The position numbers and the translations under genes are program-made. This document shows positions 12,401-23,600 of a stretch of 64,000 bases of DNA, in pieces. The stretch is taken from positions 41,664,001-41,728,000 of the forward strand of contig NC_135668.1 of NCBI RefSeq assembly GCF_964188315.1, read 5' to 3'. Under the pieces are notes generated by a model. It searched no databases and was not told where the DNA came from. It worked only from the letters and a program-made list of their open reading frames with translations. Position 1 is the stretch's first letter; each line of letters opens with the position of its first letter. Origin of the DNA: Podarcis muralis. Taxonomy: Eukaryota.

Positions 12401-13925
12401 CCCACCTGGGACCTTAGGGTAAAGAACAGCAGGTAATAAATTGTATAAATAAATAAATAAATAAATAAATAAAGCAAGAAGGGTTGGAGAAAAAAATACA
12501 GGTATAGGTTAGAAATAGTCACCCTTATAACTGGTCCTACTGAAGTTCTCCCTAGCACTGCCATTTGTCCTGCATAAATGCGGTTCGCCCCATATTCCCC
12601 AGCATGATCCACTCTGATTATACGGTCAATAACTGGCCTATTGATGTTTTCATAGGTCGTTCCAGTACTACAGCATCTGTAAGGTGAGTGCAAGGATGGC
12701 AAATGCCATCTTCTTCTTCCACCTGTAAAAACACACATTTTATTTATCAGAAAAAGTCAGAGCAAGAATCCTGTCACTATTCACTAACAATGGGGAGGGA
12801 GGAGGGCAGCCAGGAAGTTTTTACTACTTAGTAATAACTACAGCTGTGTTGTTCGTCATTCAATTAAATCAACTAAAAAGGCCATAAAATCCCTTTAAAT
12901 TGGAAGGGGTTTTCCAGGGAATTAAATTATTATTACTAATTATAAAAACTGCAGGTGGAAAAGGTGTTCTTAAAAGAAGCATTTCCCTCTGAGCAGCAAA
13001 AGAGAAACACTCTCAAGGTTGGTGTTGCAATGTTTCACACATAATTTTTTTTAAACTGAGTTGATTTTAAGAATGTAGTTCCTTCTATGAATTTATAGAA
13101 AAAGCATCAATTAATGAAGGAAGACTTCTTTATCCAGATGACAGCCTCCATAATAACAACAGCTTTGGATCTTTGGGAGACTCCTCTTTGTACATCCCTT
13201 CACTGGGAGAACACTCCGCTCGGTCCTGCTCCCTGCTTCTTGTTGCTTAATAAATTATTAGCATTCTTATTATTTGTAAAAATCTCTGAAAATATAGTAT
13301 TACTAATAATGAGATTTAAGTATATCCAGTGCTTTTTTTCTCTTTTAAAAAATGTTTAGGGGGAATTCTCATTTTGATTCCAGAAAATCACCATTTTATA
13401 GTTCAAATCGGGAAAAATAAATACAGTAAATGGACAAAAGTACAAAGATTCACAAAATGTTTAGGGGTATGCGTCCGTCCCCCCCCCCCCGAAAAAAAGC
13501 AGTGAGTATATCATTAATAACAATACTATTTTACTAAGTTAAAATACGAGAGTTATAACGCGTTAAGTATTATTGTTGCAGCACACTATTCTTTTAGCTG
13601 CTGCAGAGACCTGATTGCATGCTGAAGGAGTAAGATCTAAATCATGCAGCTATGGCCGAGCGTGCCTCTGAGCGTACACAGAGCGCCTTCCCCTCACCGC
13701 CACCCATTGCGACAGACGAGGGTGTGTCAAGGGGACTGAAAAGGGCAGGGCGGCTGGGGGGGGAGGACGTTTAGAGGGCGGCAAGGAGCACCGGGGAGGC
13801 ATGAAGGAGAACATCCCGGGAGAGGGGCGGCTACGTCACGGGCGCCCTCCCGCCCTACCTTCCCTGCAAAGGGACCGCCAGCACTCAGCTCGCAGCAGCT
13901 GCAGCCCCACCACCTCCGCCGCCAT
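9454..13925 (-). CDS. COQ7: 5-demethoxyubiquinone hydroxylase COQ7 (222 aa). Exons: 13925-13859, 12722-12523, 11605-11491, 11392-11253, 10720-10652, 9531-9454
   Basis: All introns are GT-AG and in phase (669 nt). The protein contains [58 protein letters not shown] and [12 protein letters not shown]. Di-iron E/ExxH ligands are intact and the N-terminus is Arg-rich like a presequence. Confidence 0.97.
9649..10151. mobile_element. CCRTA-ended (Tc2/pogo-like) non-autonomous element
   Basis: CCATATTTTTC / GAAAAATACGG ends with TA TSD; in COQ7 intron 5. Confidence 0.8.
11769..12003. mobile_element. Tc1/mariner (Tigger-like) MITE
   Basis: TIRs CAGTGGTACCTTGGTTGTCGAAC / GTTTGACAACCAAGGTACCGCTG with TA TSD; in COQ7 intron 2. 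Confidence 0.85.
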
Positions 13926-14411
13926 CCTCCCGCCCACGAGCGCCTGGCGCGGTCTGATGACGTCGCAACCGTCGGCCTGCTCAACCGCGCCCATTCTGGA
14001 CAGATGAATGTCGGCTTCGCGTTCCCAGCCATTATACAACATTGCTTTGTCCCAATAGATTTATAACAAAATAGACATACACAAAGTTGCAGCTTTCCGG
14101 GTTCCTTTCTAACTTTTATTCTGCCTGCCGCCGAGCGGGGAAAGGAAATGACAGCCCATTACAGACATTTCGCTTTATTCACTCCTGTTCCTACTCACGC
14201 ACACACGCACATACCTACCTACTTACGCGCGCGCGGCGTGGGATCTCAATATTTCGTATCTCTGTATTCCCCTCTACTTTGGTTCCCGCCCCCGCTCGCC
14301 TTTCCCTTTCCCCAATTGGAGGAAAGCGACCGCCAATTCCTTGGGAGGCGCGTCCTCCTGAGGTTGTCATGGCGACCACAGAACGCCTTCCTGGCGCTGA
14401 GGGCTGAAGCG
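13926..14411. promoter_or_regulatory. Bidirectional CpG-rich promoter between COQ7 (-) and the unknown gene (+)
   Basis: Divergent ATGs at 13925 and 14412. Motifs: CCAAT at 14052, 14312 (CCAATTGG) and 14333, GC box 14285-14292, ETS-like TTCCGG 14095-14100, CRE-like TGACGTC 13958-13964. Confidence 0.7.
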
Positions 14412-14556
14412 ATGGCGGCGCCGCTGGGGGGCTCCGTGTCCCCCCGGGGACTGGCCCGCTCGGTGGCCCACAGGCTGTAAGGAGTGTGTATGTGTGCGCG
14501 CGCGCTTCAATGGCTGGGAAACGGGGGCAGAAATATTATTCGTAATTATCTGTATA

Positions 14557-14614
<58 letters not shown>

Positions 14615-17600
14615 CGCGCGCGCGCGCGCGTGCTTTAATTCTATTAATCTTTAATTGCTTGTTAATGGTTCTCCCCCCCATGTTTTTCACTGCAGTTGTT
14701 TTATCGGTAAGCCTCCTTGAGTCCCTGTCAGGGAAAAAAGGCAGAATATATATGCATTATTGTTATTATATTAATAATATATACCCATGACACCAGCAAC
14801 ATACATAATTATACAATTATTTGTAATCTGCCTTGTGGGTTTTTCTTTAGTGTCAAGCAGTATATAAATTTTAATTAATAAATACAAAAGGACTTTGACA
14901 TGACCGTAACAGTACAGAGCACACAACAGCTTAATATGTTCGTTTATTATTACACTTATGTGCCACCTTTTCTACAAAGAGCTCAAGAGGTAGCATACAT
15001 TCTTATTTCTTTCATTTTTCCTCACAGTGACCCTGTGAGGTAGATTAGGCTGACAGGCAGCGACTGGTCCAAAGTCACACAGTGAGCTTCATGGCCAAAT
15101 GGGGATTTGAACCCTGGTCTCTCAGCGCTCTAACCACTGTGCCACACTGTGTCTCACCATCACTCCCATGATGGGAGTGAAAACCAACAAGCACACTAAA
15201 TACATCCACTTAGCAGTGACCATCAAGGACTGATAAATGTTAATTTTAATTAAGATCTAGCAACCCTAGTTATAAAGCCACACAGCTCAAGACTGAACAG
15301 ACATTTGGCTTGCAGTATACAGCTGTCTGATCTTATAAAATATGTTCAGGGCAATGGCCCCATCCTCATTCCCTACTACCTAGACAGGTACTTCACAGCA
15401 CAGTCATATGTGAATGGAACTTATGCCTAGGTAAGTATGTGTAGGATTGCTGCCTTGGAGATCTGCCCTTTCCATCCTGCTTGGCAATGCTTCAACCGTC
15501 ATCTCAGGCCAATAAGTGATCTTTAAATGCTAAATTTGTACTGCAAAATTAGACAGGGAAGTAGAAGCATCTTGACACTCCCGAACTCTTCATGATAGCT
15601 TTGTGATTTTGAATGTTATGATGGCAATTGAGCAGCATAGCCAGATGGCAATTATGCTTTTTTTAAAATAAGGAAAAAATGTGTTTTTCCTCATTTAGAA
15701 AGTATTATGTTGATGTACAAAGAAAAGAAGATTCCTTCGATTCATCTGGAGTCATCCATGATGAGACTGAAAGTTTGCGTTTGGTAAATATTTGTTAACG
15801 TATGTGTGGGTTTCAAAATCACATCTGTTGCACACAATGAAGGCTGGTACATTAGGGAAAGGGGGGCACTGGCCCACTAACCTCAGCCAGCTCCCCATCT
15901 TCCTATTTTCTCACTTGCAACTAGGCTTGGGGGTGGCAATCCAAGTATGAAGGGAGTTTAAGTCCAGCAACATCTGGAGGGTACTATTCTAGCACTAATT
16001 AGCCTACCAGAAACTGTTCATTAGTAGATCTACCTTCTGCCTACTCCTGTTGTAACTTATCATGTGGTGGCTGATTGTTAGCCTCTCCCCATTTGGTCTT
16101 TGCTGGGTTGTTATGCTGCATCTGGCCTTGATGGTGATTATCATGGTAGCAAATTTGACCCTCGTGCCTTGCCATCCTAGCCATGTCCATTCACAGCAGC
16201 ACAATGTGCCTGATCTTATTTATACCCTGGCCATCTGGCTGGGTTGCCCCCGCCACTCTATCCTATATGGATGTAGCCCCACTGAGTTCAATAAGATTTA
16301 TATCCAAACGTGTGTTTAGGATTGCAGCCTAAATTTATAGATTTTGAGTGGTATTTGCAATACCAGTGAGATGCATTGGATTTTTTTCTTTTTTATGATT
16401 GAGTATTTTAACATTTGCATATAAAAAAGTGGGTTTTTAATGTTGAATATGCACACACAAAAACTAGTTTTGTGTACTGTAGATTTGAGCCTATTAGCTT
16501 TCTTGTAGAGTTTCTCAAGATTCCCCAATCTAAATAGTTTTCTAAGAATCTTCATTTTTACTGGTCTTGCAGCATCCAGCATTTTTGATGAAGCAGAAGG
16601 AAAACCGGGAGCTGGAACATAATTTTGCTGAGATTAAATTGGAAGCATCCTTACGTGCCTTTATGGGGAGCACCGAAGAATGCAACAGAAAATTGCAGAA
16701 AAGCCCAGAAAAGCAAAAGGATTTGGAAAAGCTTATTAAAAAGATGGCACAAGTAATATTTAGAATCACTCTTCTCTATTTCTTTATGCATACCACCTTT
16801 TTAATACATATCATTTCATGTTTGGGGAATCATCTGCCGTGTATGTTGGTAGAGCCATCATATGGGAAATAGTGTGTATCCAGCCAGTGGGTGTGTTCAC
16901 ACTTAATAAGTTCAAGGCACTGCTTTTGGTGTATAACGCCCTATACAGCTTAGGACCAATATACAGTACCTGAAAGATCATCTCTCTCTTTATATACCCA
17001 GTTGGTCACTGTGTTCTGCAGGAGAGGCCCTCTGCAGATACCATTTTTTCACAAGTTCTGTTCCGCACAATATAGGAATCCAACCTTCAGTGCCATGGTA
17101 CCTCCCCTTTTGAATCCCCCCTGTTCAGTATTAGACAGGAGCTGTCTTTGTTGTCACCTACTGAAGACCTTCCTCTTCCCAGAGAACTTTTCCAGCCATT
17201 ATCTATATTGGAATTGTTTTTAAAATGCTTTCATTGTTTTGTCACTTGTTGTTTGCTGCCATGGGCTCCTTTGGGATTTAAATTTAATAAATAATAACGC
17301 CAAACTGCAGTTTGACATTACACATCTCAGGATTGCGTGCCTCCTCTGCTTCCTTCCTCCCACTGAACAAGGCAGTTCCCTACCTGTATGGTGGAGCAGC
17401 TGAGTGGTAGGCTAAGACAGGGGAGATCTCGATTCAAATCTCCACTCATTCCTGAAGCTTACTTGGGTGATCTTGAGCCAATTGCTCTCTCTCTGCTTAA
17501 CCACCTTCATAGGGTTGTTGCAAGGATGAAATGGGAGGGGGTGGGACTGTGTATGCCATCTTGAGCTCCTTGGAAGAAAGGGGTGGGGTGGGGGAGCATG

Positions 17601-20600
17601 GCTGTCTGTTGTGATCAAGGCCATTACTTCTCCTTCCTCTGACTTATCTCCAGGGCATTTTGTGAAAATAAAACAGTGGCTACCAAGAGACAGCTGCTGA
17701 GAAGGCTTAAAAACAAAAACAGAGAGTGATAAAACAAATACGACTATAACTACAAATATGACATACAAGTTAACAGTGAAATAAATTGACAGTAGCAGAA
17801 CTCATCCTCTGCTGCCTACAAATTTTGCTCCCCAGGACTCGGCTCATTTGCTGCAGGCCTTTGCATAGTAGCAAAATCGGGATTCGTTATGGAAAGAGAT
17901 ACAGTGCAACTGGGTGGTTTTCTAGGCTCCCAAAGCATCTAGCGTTTTGACTTGCATTAGACAAGTTAGTAATGTGGTCTGCATCTTTATTTGTAGGATT
18001 ACATACCTGATAGAACAAACGAGGGCAAAGCAAAAAGTACAAAAAGGTAAAACCTATTGCTGTCTAATTGTTGCCTAATGATCAGCAGAAGCTCTTGCTG
18101 CCCTGCTGATTGCTAGCATGCTATAATGCAAATGTACACCCAAGAATAATCTCAAATTATTTTCTCCCTGAAATTATAGTAGTTGAGTGTATGAAAGAAA
18201 ACCTATTGCATTAACACACTCAACCGCCCCACTGCAGCTGCCACACATGTGCCGTGTCTGTGAGCTACTGGCAGTGGATTTGGGATTCACACAACCACAG
18301 CTGCTGGTTGAACCAAACTGAGATGCTCTGGATGCAGCCCCTGCTTGTGCAAAATGGCAGCTGGATCCAATGGTTTTGTCATTTTGAGATGGCAGTGTAT
18401 AATTGTGTCCAGTCTCTCCTATTGAAAGCTGTTGGTTTTGCAATCAGGCCCAGCGCCAGCACCTGGCATGCTTGGGTAAATACTGGGAGTCCCCAACACT
18501 AATGCCAGGATTTTTAATTTAATGGGGGCCGAGATTTAGGATTCAGTATTGAAGAGAGAAGCACAGGCTTAGGTGTTGTAGAAGTAGTCACTCTCATTAC
18601 CAACCGATTCCTCTGAATGTAGCAATGCTATATTGGGGGGCCGCAGGCATTTGGGGGAAATAGGCAGGCACTGTAGACCTGCCTGGCCCAGTACTGTGGC
18701 TAGCTGGCCACTTGCCCACCCATAATGCCAGCTGGGGACAGCACGGAGCAGAGTTATGAGCTGCATACACAGATTCTACAGCCTTGCTACCTTTATTACG
18801 TTGCCCCCAACATGCACACATCAGGGGAAAGATAATCATATTTAAGCCAGTGGCGTCAGGGAAGGGGTGTAGTTCAGTGATAGAGCATCTGATTTGCATG
18901 CAGAAGGTATCCTGGGTTCACTTCCAGCATCTCCAGGTATGGCTGGGAGAGATCCATGCCAGAAACCCTGGAAAGCTGCTGCCAGTCAGTGTAGACAGTA
19001 CTCAGATAGAGGGTCCAATGGTCTGATTCAGCGTAAGGCAGATTCTTATGTCCCTGTCAGGGAGTTTGCACATGTGAAGGCTCATAGCTCCATTCAGCAC
19101 CTCTCCAGAGCCACCACTTGTAAGCAAGTGAGCAGCCAGCAGCTCCAGCAGTGAGTTTGTGTATACGATCCCCAGTTCTGTTCAGCAGTGCCACCATCAT
19201 CTTAGCCAGGCACGTACCCCCATCAGCCCAGGGCCCCCAAAACGTGGAGCTGGGCCTGCTTGTTGTAAATATCGGCATTTTTCTTGGCATTAACTAACTC
19301 TACCTTTGTTTTTCATCAGGCAGGAAAATCTGCAGAGCACTCCCTCCAGACTGCATATAACTACTACTCCATGTATGGCACCAGAAGTACGGAGACTCAT
19401 TTCATCGGCTTCCAAGCTAATCGTGGCTGCTGTGGGTATCAAGTCACCCTCTTTCACACATTTACAAAATTGTTAAGCATCTCCCCTAAAATCTATCACT
19501 GTTCCTTTATGTACAGGAAGAAGTCAGCCGTCTTTTTTGCATTCTAACAAACACCTCCCAGCAATAATTCTGCTACTGTTTTACTTCGAGAATTGAGAGT
19601 AGACAGTTTTTGTGAACACATCTCTCTGTCAAACTCAATGAATAAAAAACATATTTCTTAAGAATTTATGTTGCTTCTCTCTCTCTCCAGACTTCTGAAG
19701 CCTCTCCAAGAGAAATGGGAACAACCCAAGAAAGGTTTTCAACCTCAAAGAGAAAAGAAGCAAAAAACATTCAATGTTTGGACAGTGGCAGCAAGACAGG
19801 TCTTTCCTCCACACATTCTCACAAAGATGAAGCAAGAAGGTATGGCAGCTTGGTGGCATGCCAGTTGGCATCTTGAAATAAACCTTTGCCCCAAATTCCA
19901 TACAATTAAACCCAGGGATGGAAGGATTTGTCCATTTCTACCAGTTCCTCATTTTTCCAAACTAAAATTTAGTTATTCACGGCGTGCAGCAATTTGCTAA
20001 TTTATTTTATTTTTAAATCTTGAAAACTCCCCAGCATTCTAGTGCAAATTTATCCTAAAAAACATATTTTACATGACTAATGTGCAGTTTTGCAAGCAAT
20101 TTCCCCTAATATAGTGCATGTTTTTAATCACTAATACCTCTACACTGGTACCTCAGGTTAAGTACTTAATTCATTCCGGAGGTCTGTACTTAACCTGAAA
20201 CTCTTTCTTAACCTGAAGCACCACTTTAGCTAATGGGGACTCCCGCTGCCACCGCGCTGCCGGAGCACAATTTCTGTTCTCATCCTGAAGCAAAGTTCTT
20301 AACCTGAAGCACTATTTCTGGGTTAGCGGAGTCTGTAACCTGAAGCGTATGCAACCTGAAGCGTATGTAACCCGAGGTACCACTGTATTTTTATCCACAT
20401 TTTGGTAAACAGTGGTTAGCTGGAGGCACCCCATAATAGGGTTAAGTGCGGATTTTAAAGGATGGCTGTGTTTTGGTTTGCATATCGTTCTTTAAACGCA
20501 CACTGAATCAAATGTCTCCTCCATCCCTAGACTAACCATTTCACATGCCCGATGATGTTTCCTATCCTCCTGAGATTCCACCATCTTCTTTCTTTCTGTT

Positions 20601-23600
20601 TGCTTTTTGTCTTTCAGAAAAGTATTCCCATCTCCTCCTTTCCCTTGCAGCTGATGGATCAGTTTTCTCTGGGCGCCTAATTGCCCTGGCATCTCCTCCT
20701 TTTAGCAGTGGACGAGTCATCTCTGGGATTGTTAGGCTTTTTCATTGAGGTGACATGATGAAGGGATCCTACAGTTTTATTAGTGTTGATATTTGCTCAT
20801 TTCTGTGGGGTTAAGGTAAAGGTACCCCTGACCATTAGGTCCAGTCGCGGACGACTCTGGGGTTGCACGCTCATCTTGCTTTATAGGCCGAGGGAGCCGG
20901 CGTTTGTCCTAAGACAGCTTCCAGGTCATGTGGCCAGCATGACTAAGCCGCTTCTGGCGAACCAGAGCAGTGCACAGAAACACCATTTACCTTTCCGCCA
21001 GAGCGGTACCTACTTATCTACTTGCACTTTGACTTGCTTTCGAACTGCTAGGTGGGCAGCAGCTGGGACCAAGCAACGGGAGCTCACCCCGTCACGGGGA
21101 TTCGAACTGCCGACCTTCTGATCGGCAAGCCCTGCACTCTGTGGTTTAGATCACAGTGCCACCCACGTCCCTAACCCACCTGTGAGGTTAGAATGCTAGA
21201 TTTTCCTTTGACTCTGATGAAGATCTTGTGTCAACTTTGTGGAACACAAGCATCCCCCTTCACACCTAAAGTTGACCTTCCAGCACTGCTGGGATGAGTG
21301 GGGGCACTGTGGCATTATCTTGTGTGTGAGAGAGAGGAGGAATAATGCAAGAATGTGGGGTGCCCTTGACACAAGTCCATTGGCTGCCTTTGTGTGTTGG
21401 GGAAGGGGGAATGATTGGTTGGGCTATGGTGGTGTTTCTAAAGATACCAAGGATATATCTGATACTTTTAAGCATCTTTTCCATATATTCTGGTTATGAG
21501 TTTCTCCCCCTCCTGAGCTGAATATCATTGGATATGCAGCCATTACACCAGAATAGCAGTGGCTTATTTCTGGCCTCAGTGTAATGGGAATATAGGATTG
21601 CTTCTTTTTGTTGGGATGCACCTTTGATCTTCTAAATTATTTCCTGGCTTCTCAAGAAGTCCTTCTCTAAAAATGTGAATGGGATTTTACAATGTTTTCA
21701 CTTTCTGGTGTCTTTCAGGGTTAAACGAAACCGTGAAGGGAAAAAATGGAAAGAGGCAAAGAGATCATCTGAAACTTCAAGCACTTCCAGCAACTCCAAG
21801 AAATCTAACAGGCCTTTTTTGAAAATTCCCCCTATACCAAGCAATATAAGCTCAGATGATAAGAGGTCCGTAGCTCTATATTTGCAAACTGGACAAAACG
21901 AAGCATTTAGGAAAGGTATACTTAGAAGCAGAACCTCCTCAGCAATGTCTGAACACCAAGATAAGCAGTCAAATGCTCGATGGAAGAACTTTTCACCCAC
22001 TCAGCAATTTGCAGAGAATTCTGCTGGACCTTCCAATAAACCACTTAAAATCAAAAGGGAAGAGTCATCTCTCAGACCCACTGAAACAGTCCCAAAAGTT
22101 AAGAGCTCTCCAGCAAGCAAGTTTTGGAATACAAGACCGATCCAGAGTTCCAGGAGTAATCGAGAAGAAAAAAGACGCAAAACAAAATATTCTGCAAAAT
22201 CGACCGCTGAAGTGATAAGTATCCAGAGTTTAATGTCCATAGAAAAGACTCAGAAGCAATATGATCCCACGCCGATTTCTGGGTGGTTTCTTAAAGGCCA
22301 AGGCAATCAAATACACGGCCAAGGTGATCAGAAAAGCAAGCTTGTGGAAAACTCTGAAAGTGACTGGCCTCAAAATGAGCAAAAGTGGTGTGATTTAGTA
22401 TCAAGGAACCCTGAATGCCGCCAGGTTCATTTCCAAACACTTAAAGAGGAGTCCATTCCTGGCGCCGCTGCTTGGGAACACCCTTCTTTGGAAAGTTGTA
22501 GCCGGCAAAACCTAAGAAGCCCTGAAAATGCAACTCAGTCAGTTGCCACCAACAAAGTATCCACTGGGATTGTGGCAGGTCTTCAAGAGGATCAGAACAA
22601 TGACCATATCCCCGTGGTCCAGCGTGAATCGCATTTTCTGTATCAAGTGTGCCAGGAAATGGATGAAGATGTACCACCAAGTTTAACTCTGAATAGGTCT
22701 ATGACTACAGATGGAAATGTCAGAAACCAAAGTACACACCATCTTTTAGACCAGCTCTTCTCTTCAGAGGAAGAAGGGGACAGCTATGCCATTGAGGACC
22801 CTGCCAATACCACACAGATGCAGGATGTTACTTTAGGAGAGTCCCAGGATAAGCAAATGATGTCTCTCCCATCAGTGACACCAGGTGCTTGCAGGTGTTC
22901 AGAACTACTGAGTTACTGTGTGTGTCAAGCTCCTGAAAAGCAACGTCTGGGACCCCCTGTTAAAACCGCAACTATTTTAGAAAGACTGGAAAGTGAGCAG
23001 TCGGAAGAAGAATTCACCATTTCATCTGCCTCTAGCAGCCTGAGTGCCAGATCATTAACTGGCCTATGTGAACAGATGGTAAGGCATTTGAAGTTGTGCT
23101 TTAATGACTTCTACTTGGCTTCTGGAATGAGGTTTCCCATTACTTTTCAGCAAAATTGGAAGCTGCCTAATGAGGCCAAACCCATCTTTTAAAATTGGGC
23201 AGATCGGTTATGATTTATTGGGCAGCTCAAGAGGTGCTGAGCCAATCTGCCATTTGTCTCTTACTAGTGCTGCAGCTCATTCTCTATCTTCATGTTCAAG
23301 TAGGTTTCGGGGAAAGGGCTTTCTGATGCATCCTCACCTGTTCTGAGGCGTTTACCTGGTAGTGGTGGGTAGCCACACCACAGTCATTGGCACTAGGCAG
23401 ATCAGATCCACCATATAAATGTCCCTCAGTGAACTAGAGTGATGCTGCCTCAGGGGTATTTGATGGGTCTTGCTCAGGATGGGCAGAAGCAGAAGACACA
23501 GACAAATTCATTTCCACCATATGTTACTTGTCAAAGTGGACATCTGGGGTATGGCTCTCTTCATATTACATTGTACCATCTCAGCAGCCCCACATCATTA

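Noticed and set aside
18238-18475. Open frame with a terminal donor (TGG|GTAAAT) in intron 4 of the unknown gene
   Set aside because: Trp/Cys-rich, unprotein-like composition and weak support for an acceptor; treated as chance.
21675-23192. 505-aa ORF as a stand-alone intronless gene
   Set aside because: It starts at GTG inside a polypyrimidine tract and has a clear acceptor (21718) and donor (ATG|GTAAGG, 23078), so it is better read as an internal exon.
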